Position numbers and translations under genes: made by a program
Shown: positions 56,789-64,000 of the stretch, one piece after another
How positions within the stretch are numbered: the stretch's first letter is position 1
Layout: every line of letters starts with the position of its first letter
The notes under the pieces: model-generated
Told to the model about the DNA's origin: nothing
The model's database searches: none
What the model saw: the letters and a program-made list of their open reading frames with translations, nothing else
From: an uncultured Verrucomicrobiae bacterium
GTDB lineage: Bacteria; Verrucomicrobiota; Verrucomicrobiia; Chthoniobacterales; JAFAMB01
Assembly: GCA_963762565.1 (NCBI GenBank)
Contig: CAVXLD010000007.1
Span: forward strand, 448,001 to 512,000
DNA: 64,000 bases
Direction: 5' to 3'

Positions 56789-57514
56789 ATGGAGCTTTTG
56801 AGTTGGATCACAGAACCGAACCTTTGGGCGAGCCTGGCCACGCTCACTTGTCTAGAAGTTGTCCTCGGCATCGACAATGTCGTCTTCATTTCCATCGTAA
56901 CCGGCAACCTGCCGGAACGAGATCAGCCCAAAGCCCGTGTGGCCGGCATAACGTTGGCATTGCTGACCCGAGTACTGCTGTTGTTCTGTATTTCTTGGTT
57001 AACGACCCTGACCGCGCCCTGGTTTCACCTTTTTGAAAGAACTTGGTCTGCCAAGGATATCGTGCTGCTGGCCGCGGGGCTCTTTCTGATTGGGAAGGGT
57101 ACTCGCGACATCCACGAACGGCTCGAAAACGTAGAACGACGTGTGACCAAGCCAACCCATGGTCGAGTATGGGCAGTTGCATTCCAGATCATGTTTCTCG
57201 ACATTTTATTCTCGTTCGATTCCGTGATTACCGCCGTCGGTATGGCTCAACAATTGGCTGTGATGGTGACGGCAATTGTATTGGCGATGTTGTTGATGTT
57301 GGCCGCATCCGGCGCGATCAGCCGGTTTGTCAACCAGCATCCCACCATCAAGATGCTGGCGCTCGCCTTTCTGATCCTAATCGGCGTGCTGCTCGTGGCT
57401 GAAGGCCTTGGCCAGCATGTCGATAAAGGATACATCTATTTTGCCATGGCCTTCTCAACACTGGTCGAGATGCTGAATCTGCGTGCCGGACGGCGAACCG
57501 AAGGTGAGAAGTGA
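56789..57514 (+). CDS. TerC family integral membrane protein
   Basis: LEVVLGIDN..FI, QI..LD..FS.DSVITAVG, HPTIKMLAL.FL..IG, KGYIYFAMAFS. Confidence 0.93.
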   Translation: MELLSWITEPNLWASLATLTCLEVVLGIDNVVFISIVTGNLPERDQPKARVAGITLALLTRVLLLFCISWLTTLTAPWFHLFERTWSAKDIVLLAAGLFLIGKGTRDIHERLENVERRVTKPTHGRVWAVAFQIMFLDILFSFDSVITAVGMAQQLAVMVTAIVLAMLLMLAASGAISRFVNQHPTIKMLALAFLILIGVLLVAEGLGQHVDKGYIYFAMAFSTLVEMLNLRAGRRTEGEK

Positions 57515-57662
57515 GAGGTGAGAGGTGTAGCGTGTCGGGTAAAGATGCGCCGCCAGGTGTGTTGGGGTGATCGTACTGAATTGCCGGTGTGAGTGGTGCT
57601 GTCCGTTTCGTGAAATACCTCTCACTTCTCACCAATCACTTCTCACCTCTCACATGCGAGGC

Positions 57663-58160
57663 TCAGCCGAGCGTCAGCCGCCCATCGCTCTCCAGCATCT
57701 CGGCCAGCCGCTTCCAACCGGCATCATCCATCATAAGGAACAGATGGAGATAGATAGTCACCACTTCTGGAGAATGATGTTGGAGAATTAGATCGACGGC
57801 GCTTTGCAGCTTCTCCGGCTCTGGCTCCGGCGGCAATTGATCGACCACGCCCTTGCCGTCATGCTTGATTTGGAGGGCATCGAGAAATTCGCAGATTAAG
57901 GGTTGTTGAGCTCCTAAAAGCCAGATCTGCAGAACCTGTGTCGCTAGATCGTCTGCCGGCTTACGAGCTAGCGCCTGCTGTAGCCAGGTATGCCGCTCCG
58001 GCTTCGGTTTTCGCTCGATGAAGACTGGCCGCAGCTTTCTTTGGCCGGCTAGATTCTGGATTACAGCGCGGTAGACCGGTTTTTCCTTTTCTAGAAGATA
58101 CCCAAAAATGTCATTGGCGAGTTGGAAGGAACAGTGACCAAAAATCTCGTAGCTCGTCAT
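57663..58160 (-). CDS. Hypothetical protein
   Basis: 165-aa ORF; RKLRPVF, FLDAL.I.HD..G motifs; protein-like composition. Confidence 0.75.
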   Translation of the reverse strand: MTSYEIFGHCSFQLANDIFGYLLEKEKPVYRAVIQNLAGQRKLRPVFIERKPKPERHTWLQQALARKPADDLATQVLQIWLLGAQQPLICEFLDALQIKHDGKGVVDQLPPEPEPEKLQSAVDLILQHHSPEVVTIYLHLFLMMDDAGWKRLAEMLESDGRLTLG

Positions 58161-58354
58161 ACGTCAAGGCATCGCTTAATGCTCATCCTTATGACAAATT
58201 GCAAATGACAAAGCGCGCTCGGATCAAGAATCTTCGAAAGATTCTTGATCCGAGCGCGCTACTAGCCTGCAACTCCCGCAAGTCCGCAGGTCGGGCGGAG
58301 CTGCCCCCAGACATACGGATTTGCGGGAGTTGCAGGCTCGAGCGACTTTGTCTG

Positions 58355-59446
58355 ATGAACGAAACTCGGCCAGCCATCCTCGATTTATCTCCGGCTGAGC
58401 TCGTTTCTTGGTTGGGGGAGCGAGGCCAACCCAGTTATCGCGCAGATCAGATCTTCGAATGGATCTATCGAAAACGGGTTACCGAGTTCGCTCGGATGTC
58501 GAATCTATCGGAGCCATTGCGTGCCGAACTCCAAAATCATTTCCAGCTGTTTGGTTTACAGAAAGTCCGGCAGACCGGCTCCGAAGATTCGACCCGCAAA
58601 TTCCTTTTCGCGCTGGTGGATGGGAATCTGATCGAGACAGTTCTTATTCCGGCTAGCCCAGATTTATATGGTACGGCAGCGGATCGGAAAACGCTTTGCG
58701 TATCGACCCAGGTGGGTTGCGCTTACGGATGCAAGTTCTGCGCTAGTGGGTTAGACGGCTGGACTCGTAACCTTCGGTCGGGTGAAATCGTCGAACAAAT
58801 TATACAGGTCGAAACCGAAACCGGTGAAAAGGTTAACAACATCGTATTCATGGGTATGGGAGAGCCGCTAGCGAATTTTGAACAGCTCCTGCGAGCGGTT
58901 AAAACGATCAATGCGGACTGGGGTATCGGTATCGGCGCCCGGCACATGACGGTCTCGACCAGCGGGTTGGCGCCCCGCATTCGTGAGCTGGCCGATCAAC
59001 CGCTGCAGATTCGGCTAGCGATCTCGTTGCACGGTGCAACCGACGAGGTTCGGGGCCAGATCATGCCGGTGAATCGCAAATATCCGCTGGCGGAATTGAT
59101 GGACGCTTGCGCCTACTATTCAAGTCGGAAAAAGCAACGGATAACGTTCGAGTTTATTTTAATTAAGGGAGTAAACGACAGTTTGGACCAAGCTGAGAAG
59201 CTTGCCCGGCTGGCCAGGCGGATTGAGGCTAAGGTCAATCTGATTCCCTACAACCAGGTGCACGGTCTTAATTGGACCCGTCCTTCAAACAACCGCCAGA
59301 CCGCTTTTTTGCAAGCTCTGCGCAGCCGCGGCATCGATGCTACCATTCGCCGCGAAAAGGGGCACGATATTGACGCGGCTTGCGGCCAACTCCGGTTGCA
59401 AACGGTGCGTGATAAAACCTTTGCAGCGGTTTCCGAGGTGAGATAA
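58355..59446 (+). CDS. rlmN: 23S rRNA (A2503-C2)/tRNA dual-specificity methyltransferase RlmN
   Basis: IETV, CVSTQVGC..GC.FCASG, VFMGMGEP, STSG, LAISLH, VNLIP.N, DIDAACGQL. Confidence 0.96.
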   Translation: MNETRPAILDLSPAELVSWLGERGQPSYRADQIFEWIYRKRVTEFARMSNLSEPLRAELQNHFQLFGLQKVRQTGSEDSTRKFLFALVDGNLIETVLIPASPDLYGTAADRKTLCVSTQVGCAYGCKFCASGLDGWTRNLRSGEIVEQIIQVETETGEKVNNIVFMGMGEPLANFEQLLRAVKTINADWGIGIGARHMTVSTSGLAPRIRELADQPLQIRLAISLHGATDEVRGQIMPVNRKYPLAELMDACAYYSSRKKQRITFEFILIKGVNDSLDQAEKLARLARRIEAKVNLIPYNQVHGLNWTRPSNNRQTAFLQALRSRGIDATIRREKGHDIDAACGQLRLQTVRDKTFAAVSEVR

Positions 59447-59455
59447 TGGTCGCGT

Positions 59456-60085
59456 ATGGCTGATTTCTTCGATGAGCCAGAGCGGGCCTGGGACGAGTAC
59501 GACTGGGAACGCTTTTTACAACAGCAGGACAGCAAGACCGAGCGCTACATGGAGCTGTTCGAGAAATACATCGACGATCCGAACCGCGACCAAATCATTG
59601 CGCGCGAGATGGGTTGGCCTCACTTGTTGGAGCCGGCAATTGAAGATTTGGAAGAGTTGGAAATCGGCGAGGAAGACGAGTCGGAAGACGACGACAGCCT
59701 CAGAGAGTCTTTCGAGTCGCATCCTTTGTATCAAAGCGCGTTCTCGCTAACCGTCTGGATCGATCAACTGTTTGATGAGGTTCACGGGGTCGCTTCAAAC
59801 CCGGTTGGAGTAAAACTGGCGTCTCATGTGGCGGTGGCCAGCGCTAAGTTGGCGGCAGCTCTGAGCGACCAAGAGAGCGAAGAGATCGGGATGACGATCG
59901 CTTATCTGAAACGAGCCCTACGAGCGATTTCTACGGCGATTGAAGCTGCCACCCAGTTGGACCGGGACGGTCTGGTTAAACGCCCGCAGTTCGATGATTT
60001 GTTGCACCGCTTGTTTCACGTGAGAGACAGCATCATCGTCATGATGGGTGAGCTCCGGGCAGAATGGCGTCGGCGCTACGGCTAG
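59456..60085 (+). CDS. Acidic helical hypothetical protein
   Basis: 209-aa ORF 9 nt after rlmN; WDEYDWE motif, C-terminal helical bundle (AYLKRAL). Confidence 0.75.
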   Translation: MADFFDEPERAWDEYDWERFLQQQDSKTERYMELFEKYIDDPNRDQIIAREMGWPHLLEPAIEDLEELEIGEEDESEDDDSLRESFESHPLYQSAFSLTVWIDQLFDEVHGVASNPVGVKLASHVAVASAKLAAALSDQESEEIGMTIAYLKRALRAISTAIEAATQLDRDGLVKRPQFDDLLHRLFHVRDSIIVMMGELRAEWRRRYG

Positions 60086-60311
60086 ACAGGCTCGGAATAG
60101 CAAATTGCAAATAGCAGATAGCAAATTCTTCCCTAGGGAAGATCTGGAAAAAGCGGCCGCTTAATGCGCGTGGTACGAAGATGAATTTGTCTGATTAAAA
60201 CTGTTTTTAAAGAAGCGGAAGAATTTCCCGGCGTAGCCGGAAGATTCTTCCGCCGTAGCCTGCAGCTTTCGCAAATGCCTGCGCATTTGCGAAAGCTGCA
60301 GGCTTATTTGA

Positions 60312-60953
60312 ATGAATTTTGAAGGACGCACGTCTGTATTGTCTGTAAGTGGTGGCGGCTTCGGTGAGTCTGTCGAGCAGGATGACATTGCTCTAGTCCG
60401 GCGGTGTCAAAAAGGGGATGCCCTCGCCTTCGAACAGCTGGTCATCAAATACCGGAGCAAGGTCTTTTCGATGATTTACGGAATGGTCCAGAACGAACAG
60501 GATGCCTGGGACCTGGCGCAGGAAGGCTTCATCAAGGCTTGGCGCTCGATCCACCGGTTCAAAGGACAGGCCTCTTTTTATACCTGGCTCTACCGCATAG
60601 TGACCAACGTGGCGATCGATTCGCTCCGGCGAAAGGGTTTTAAGAAAACCGCTGAATTCGACGACGAGATAGCAGCTACTCAAGTTGAGCCGAGTTCGAA
60701 GACCATGCCGCGTCCGGACCCGATGCCGCATCAAGGGTTAGAACGCGAAGAAATCCGGCAACGCATCGAGCACGCCATTAATAAACTTTCACCTGAACAT
60801 CGGGCCGTCATTGTGATGAAGGAAATTGAGGAACTTCAATACAATGAGATTGCCGAGGCCCTGGGATGCTCGATCGGGACGGTGATGTCTCGCCTCTTCT
60901 ATGCGCGGAAGAAACTGCAGACTCTGCTGAGGGACGTCTATGAAAACCTTTGA
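60312..60953 (+). CDS. ECF RNA polymerase sigma factor (RpoE/SigW-like)
   Basis: DAWDLAQEGFIKAW, FYTWLYRI..N..ID, L..EHR.VI, Y.EIA..LG..IGTVMSRLFYAR. Confidence 0.95.
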   Translation: MNFEGRTSVLSVSGGGFGESVEQDDIALVRRCQKGDALAFEQLVIKYRSKVFSMIYGMVQNEQDAWDLAQEGFIKAWRSIHRFKGQASFYTWLYRIVTNVAIDSLRRKGFKKTAEFDDEIAATQVEPSSKTMPRPDPMPHQGLEREEIRQRIEHAINKLSPEHRAVIVMKEIEELQYNEIAEALGCSIGTVMSRLFYARKKLQTLLRDVYENL

Positions 60954-61416
60954 GCAACTTTACACTGCCTGGGTCGACGGGGCTCTGAGTAAAGACGAGG
61001 CAGCCGCTTTTGAAAAGCAGCATCCGGAGTTGCTGAAGGAACGTGATGACATGTCTAAACTCAAAAAGCTGCTGCAGGGTAACCTCGTCCCCGCTGAGTT
61101 CGCGCATGCCGAGTTTTTCACCACTAAGCTCATGGAACAGATCGTGCCGGCGGAACGCACCTTGCCGTCCTGGTTCCATGTTCCTCGGTTGGCATGGGGC
61201 GGCATCGGCTCGTTGGCCGCGGCGCTTGCGCTTTCCCTTCTATTAATTCCTCACGGAAACCATTCAGCGGCGTATCCCGAGTACGTGGCTGAGGTGATAA
61301 AGACAACCACCACCGATCCGAAGATCAGTGCGACCGTCGACTCGGAAAAAGGAATTACACTGATCAAGCTTGACGGAGTGGACAAAGTGCCGGATGACGA
61401 AGATCTGACCCGTTAG
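60940..61416 (+). CDS. Putative anti-sigma factor (single TM)
   Basis: Overlaps the sigma stop; L.AWVDG.L...E...FE N-terminus, TM helix. Confidence 0.7.
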   Translation: MKTFEQLYTAWVDGALSKDEAAAFEKQHPELLKERDDMSKLKKLLQGNLVPAEFAHAEFFTTKLMEQIVPAERTLPSWFHVPRLAWGGIGSLAAALALSLLLIPHGNHSAAYPEYVAEVIKTTTTDPKISATVDSEKGITLIKLDGVDKVPDDEDLTR

Positions 61417-61605
61417 CGCGGTTAACCGGCGAATGCATAAACGCATTCGCCGGTTAACCGCGCTATTGCTGACTCGTCCGGCAAGGCCGGGCAATTCAGC
61501 AGGGATTTCTGGGGAGAGAGTTGCAAAAATCTGGTTTTGATCCGGCACGTGAACCCTGCGCGCTACTAACTGCTACAGAGCGCTGCACGCTTTCTACCAT
61601 CCGAC

Positions 61606-62220
61606 TTGAATAGAACGCCTTCGCAATACTTGGCTTACTTGAAATCGCAGCAGATAATTCTGGCTCGGCCGGAATTGTCTGCTGCGATATTAGCCGGCAT
61701 CGCCCGTAAATGCGTGTGCATTTACGGGCGATGCCGGCTGCTGCGATGGTTGGTGGTTAGCCTGGCCGGGTTCGCGTTTGGCATCTCGATGGTGGCGCCT
61801 GCTCACGCCAGCGACAAATTGTGGGCCTGCCTTTTGTTTGCATCCAACGAGAAGATGAGCCGGGATGTTCCGTCATGGCTCAAGAATTACAACGAACGCC
61901 TCACGAAGCTGGTTGGTTATACCAGCCTGCGTTCGCTTGGTCAGGGTGAAGTCCCCTTGCAACCCGGAAAGCCAGCGGTAGTTAACTTGCGGGGCGCCAT
62001 GCGGATTCAAGTGAACAATTGGATCCGCGAAGGGAACGGGAGATTCCTGGTAAATATCAAATTTTTTCGGCGGGATCGTCCCCTAATAGAAACACAAGCG
62101 CGAATCTCTCGCGGCAGTCCTTTGTTTTTCCGCGCTCAGACGTGGCGCAATGGACGGCTCATTGTGGCTGTCGTGATCGGTTATAGGAATGGATGGGATA
62201 TATGGGATCCATTCGACTAG
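61606..62220 (+). CDS. Hypothetical exported protein (start uncertain, probably downstream)
   Basis: Signal-like segment ending AHA-S; beta-rich mature domain. Confidence 0.55.
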   Translation: MNRTPSQYLAYLKSQQIILARPELSAAILAGIARKCVCIYGRCRLLRWLVVSLAGFAFGISMVAPAHASDKLWACLLFASNEKMSRDVPSWLKNYNERLTKLVGYTSLRSLGQGEVPLQPGKPAVVNLRGAMRIQVNNWIREGNGRFLVNIKFFRRDRPLIETQARISRGSPLFFRAQTWRNGRLIVAVVIGYRNGWDIWDPFD

Positions 62221-62467
62221 CCAGCCTGCATCGCAGACAAATGCGTCAGGCATTTGTCTGCGATGCAGGCTAAGGCAGCAGAATATCGGCTACGCCTGGA
62301 TATTCTGCTGCTCTTTGAAGCAAACTCATAAGTCCCATTTGTCCCACAAGTCTCATCCGTTGCCCGCGCTCCAGGCATCGATTTATCTCATCTCGTTCGA
62401 CGCTGATACGCCCATTCGCCGGTGCGCCCTTTCGCCCATTGCCGTTTCGCCCATTTGCCGTTTCGCG

Positions 62468-63325
62468 TTACGCCACACGCCCAGCGCCCGAGTACAGATT
62501 AAATCGGTTGTTGCGCAAAAAGCCGACCAGCGTCATTCCGTATCGTTGAGCGAGGTCGACCGCGAGCGAGGACGGCGCGCCAACAGCAGCCATGATCGGG
62601 ATCCCCGCCATGAGACTCTTCTGAACCAGCTCGAAGCTGGCGCGTCCACTGACCAGTAGTATTAAGTCCGAGAAATCGGTTCGACCGGCCAACAGCTCGT
62701 TCCCGATCAATCGATCCAGCGCGTTGTGTCGCCCCACGTCTTCGCTGATCGCGCAAAGATGACCTCGCCCATCAAAAATAGCGGATGCATGGATACCGCC
62801 GGTCCGCGAGAACTCGGATTGATAGCGAGTTAAAATTTCGGGCAATGTTACCAGCAGCTGAGGCGGAACCTTCGGCCAGGAAGAATTCAGATAAATCTCG
62901 CGGGTAATGCGGAGCGCTTCCAAAGACGTTTTGCCGCAAACCCCGCAACTCGACGTGGTATAGAAATGTCGTTCGAGTCGCTGCAAATTAACTTCTTCGT
63001 TGAGAGTAACCACCACGGAATTTTCGCCTTCTTGATCGACTGCGCTTAACATCGAGATCTCGCGAAGAATGCCTTCAGTAAAAAGGAATCCTACCGCTAA
63101 AGCTCGGTCGGATCCCGGGGTGCGCATGGTGATGGAAAGGGGCTTCCGCACCAGGTTACTACCACGGCGAAATTTCACACTGATCTCGAGCGGTTCTTCT
63201 ACGGTCAGATCGTCCCTCGACATCTGACCTGAAGTCACATTGGCGGTGTATTTCAGTATCGAGACCTGGGCGACTCCTTCTGATGAAGCGGGCGTTTCCA
63301 CGGCTGGTTCCACGATAAACCTCAT
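62468..63325 (-). CDS. fdhD: Formate dehydrogenase accessory sulfurtransferase FdhD
   Basis: VEEPLEI, TMRTPG.D..LA.GFL.TEG, SSCGVCGK, F..TGG.HA, EDVGRHNALD, SGRASFELVQK. Confidence 0.95.
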   Translation of the reverse strand: MRFIVEPAVETPASSEGVAQVSILKYTANVTSGQMSRDDLTVEEPLEISVKFRRGSNLVRKPLSITMRTPGSDRALAVGFLFTEGILREISMLSAVDQEGENSVVVTLNEEVNLQRLERHFYTTSSCGVCGKTSLEALRITREIYLNSSWPKVPPQLLVTLPEILTRYQSEFSRTGGIHASAIFDGRGHLCAISEDVGRHNALDRLIGNELLAGRTDFSDLILLVSGRASFELVQKSLMAGIPIMAAVGAPSSLAVDLAQRYGMTLVGFLRNNRFNLYSGAGRVA

Positions 63326-63349
63326 GAGGGGTGGCTGCAATGGCGTGTC

Positions 63350-63656
63350 GGCGAATGGGCGTGTGGGCGAGACGGCGAAAGGGCGAAAGGGCGAAACGGG
63401 TCGGTAGGGCGAAAATCTCGGCGCGCCCGTGACAGACCATTTCTAACGATGTCTACGCGCCGGATTTGCGCCATGCGTGCGCGCTGTAATGTTGAGCACG
63501 TCATCGTTCTGAGGACCATCCAAGCCAGTGAGGTAGCAACCCCACGGCGCGGCTCAAATCCGGCGCGCCTACACGTGATCTGATGGTCTATCTTCGGCGC
63601 GCCGAGATTTTCGCCCTTTCGCCCTTTCGCCCTTTCGCCCCTTCGCCCCTTCGCCG
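63350..63656. repeat. REPIN family A copy nested in (GGCGAAA)n / (TTTCGCC)n heptamer arrays
   Basis: Direct reading, core at 63403-63616. Confidence 0.85.
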
Positions 63657-63703
63657 AGTCACCACGCCGTTGCCAGCTGTCACCGAGCGGCCTATGATAT
63701 CTG

Positions 63704-64000
63704 GTGCCGGATTTCGAAATTACGCACCTCTATATTTCGCCGGGCCATAACTTCTTCGGTCATGAGCCTGGTAAACCGTCCGGCAATCCAGTTCGTGAGG
63801 TGCCCTCGATTTGGTGCGTCGCGAGGAAGGGAATCGAAGGAGATCGTTTCTTCGGTTATAAGGAGTCCTATAAAGGACAGATAACGTTTTTTGAGGAGGA
63901 GACATATAACGATCTCTGTGCTCAACTCGAGATCTGGGACCGGCCGCCATCGGTCTTTCGGCGCAATGTCATCACTCGCGGTGTCAGGCTAAATGAACTA
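63704..64000 (+). CDS. MOSC-domain protein (partial, runs off window end)
   Basis: Manual translation: VPDFEITHLYISPGHNFFGH...GIEGDRFF...KGQITFF...FRRNVITRGVRLNEL; divergent from fdhD. Confidence 0.85.
   Translation, partial: MPDFEITHLYISPGHNFFGHEPGKPSGNPVREVPSIWCVARKGIEGDRFFGYKESYKGQITFFEEETYNDLCAQLEIWDRPPSVFRRNVITRGVRLNEL

Noticed and set aside
60290..60350. Autoregulatory sigmaE promoter (GAATTT...TCTGTA)
   Set aside because: Spacing of 13 or 22 nt does not fit ECF promoters
63692..63950. Minus-strand ORFs at the window end
   Set aside because: Antisense to a clear MOSC reading frame on the plus strand

Overview
A 64-kb stretch of bacterial chromosome, probably Verrucomicrobiota. That assignment is an inference from the gene repertoire (ARC/Dop pair, que operon) and the repeat style. 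Housekeeping genes include a 2-oxoacid dehydrogenase E1a/E1b/E2 operon, arc-dop, tartrate dehydrogenase, queF-C-E-D, tag, GH15, ClC, TatD, YjbQ, TerC, rlmN, an ECF sigma/anti-sigma pair, fdhD and MOSC. Between them sit accessory modules. (i) 36.3-47.8 kb: two exported TPR-CHAT (caspase-like) proteases, two paralogous membrane proteins with tandem zinc anti-sigma (ZAS) domains that share an upstream DNA motif, and an unusually long ECF-like sigma factor. This is a candidate protease-triggered transmembrane signalling system. (ii) Inside that locus, a 1.7-kb element without terminal inverted repeats, encoding a Rep_trans-like/HTH protein, has inserted precisely into one arm of a palindromic REP-like repeat. 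The empty site can be rebuilt from the sequence. (iii) 24-30 kb: a HemN-like plus HydE-like radical SAM pair with an exported methyltransferase, a DMT transporter and a beta-barrel. (iv) 17.6-23.2 kb: a secreted helical protein, an ABCG-type transporter and an RyR-domain protein. Many intergenic spacers carry REPIN-like palindromes and/or inverted pairs of 6-9-nt tandem repeats. No rRNA, tRNA or CRISPR array was seen. All family calls come from motif recognition by eye, not database searches.
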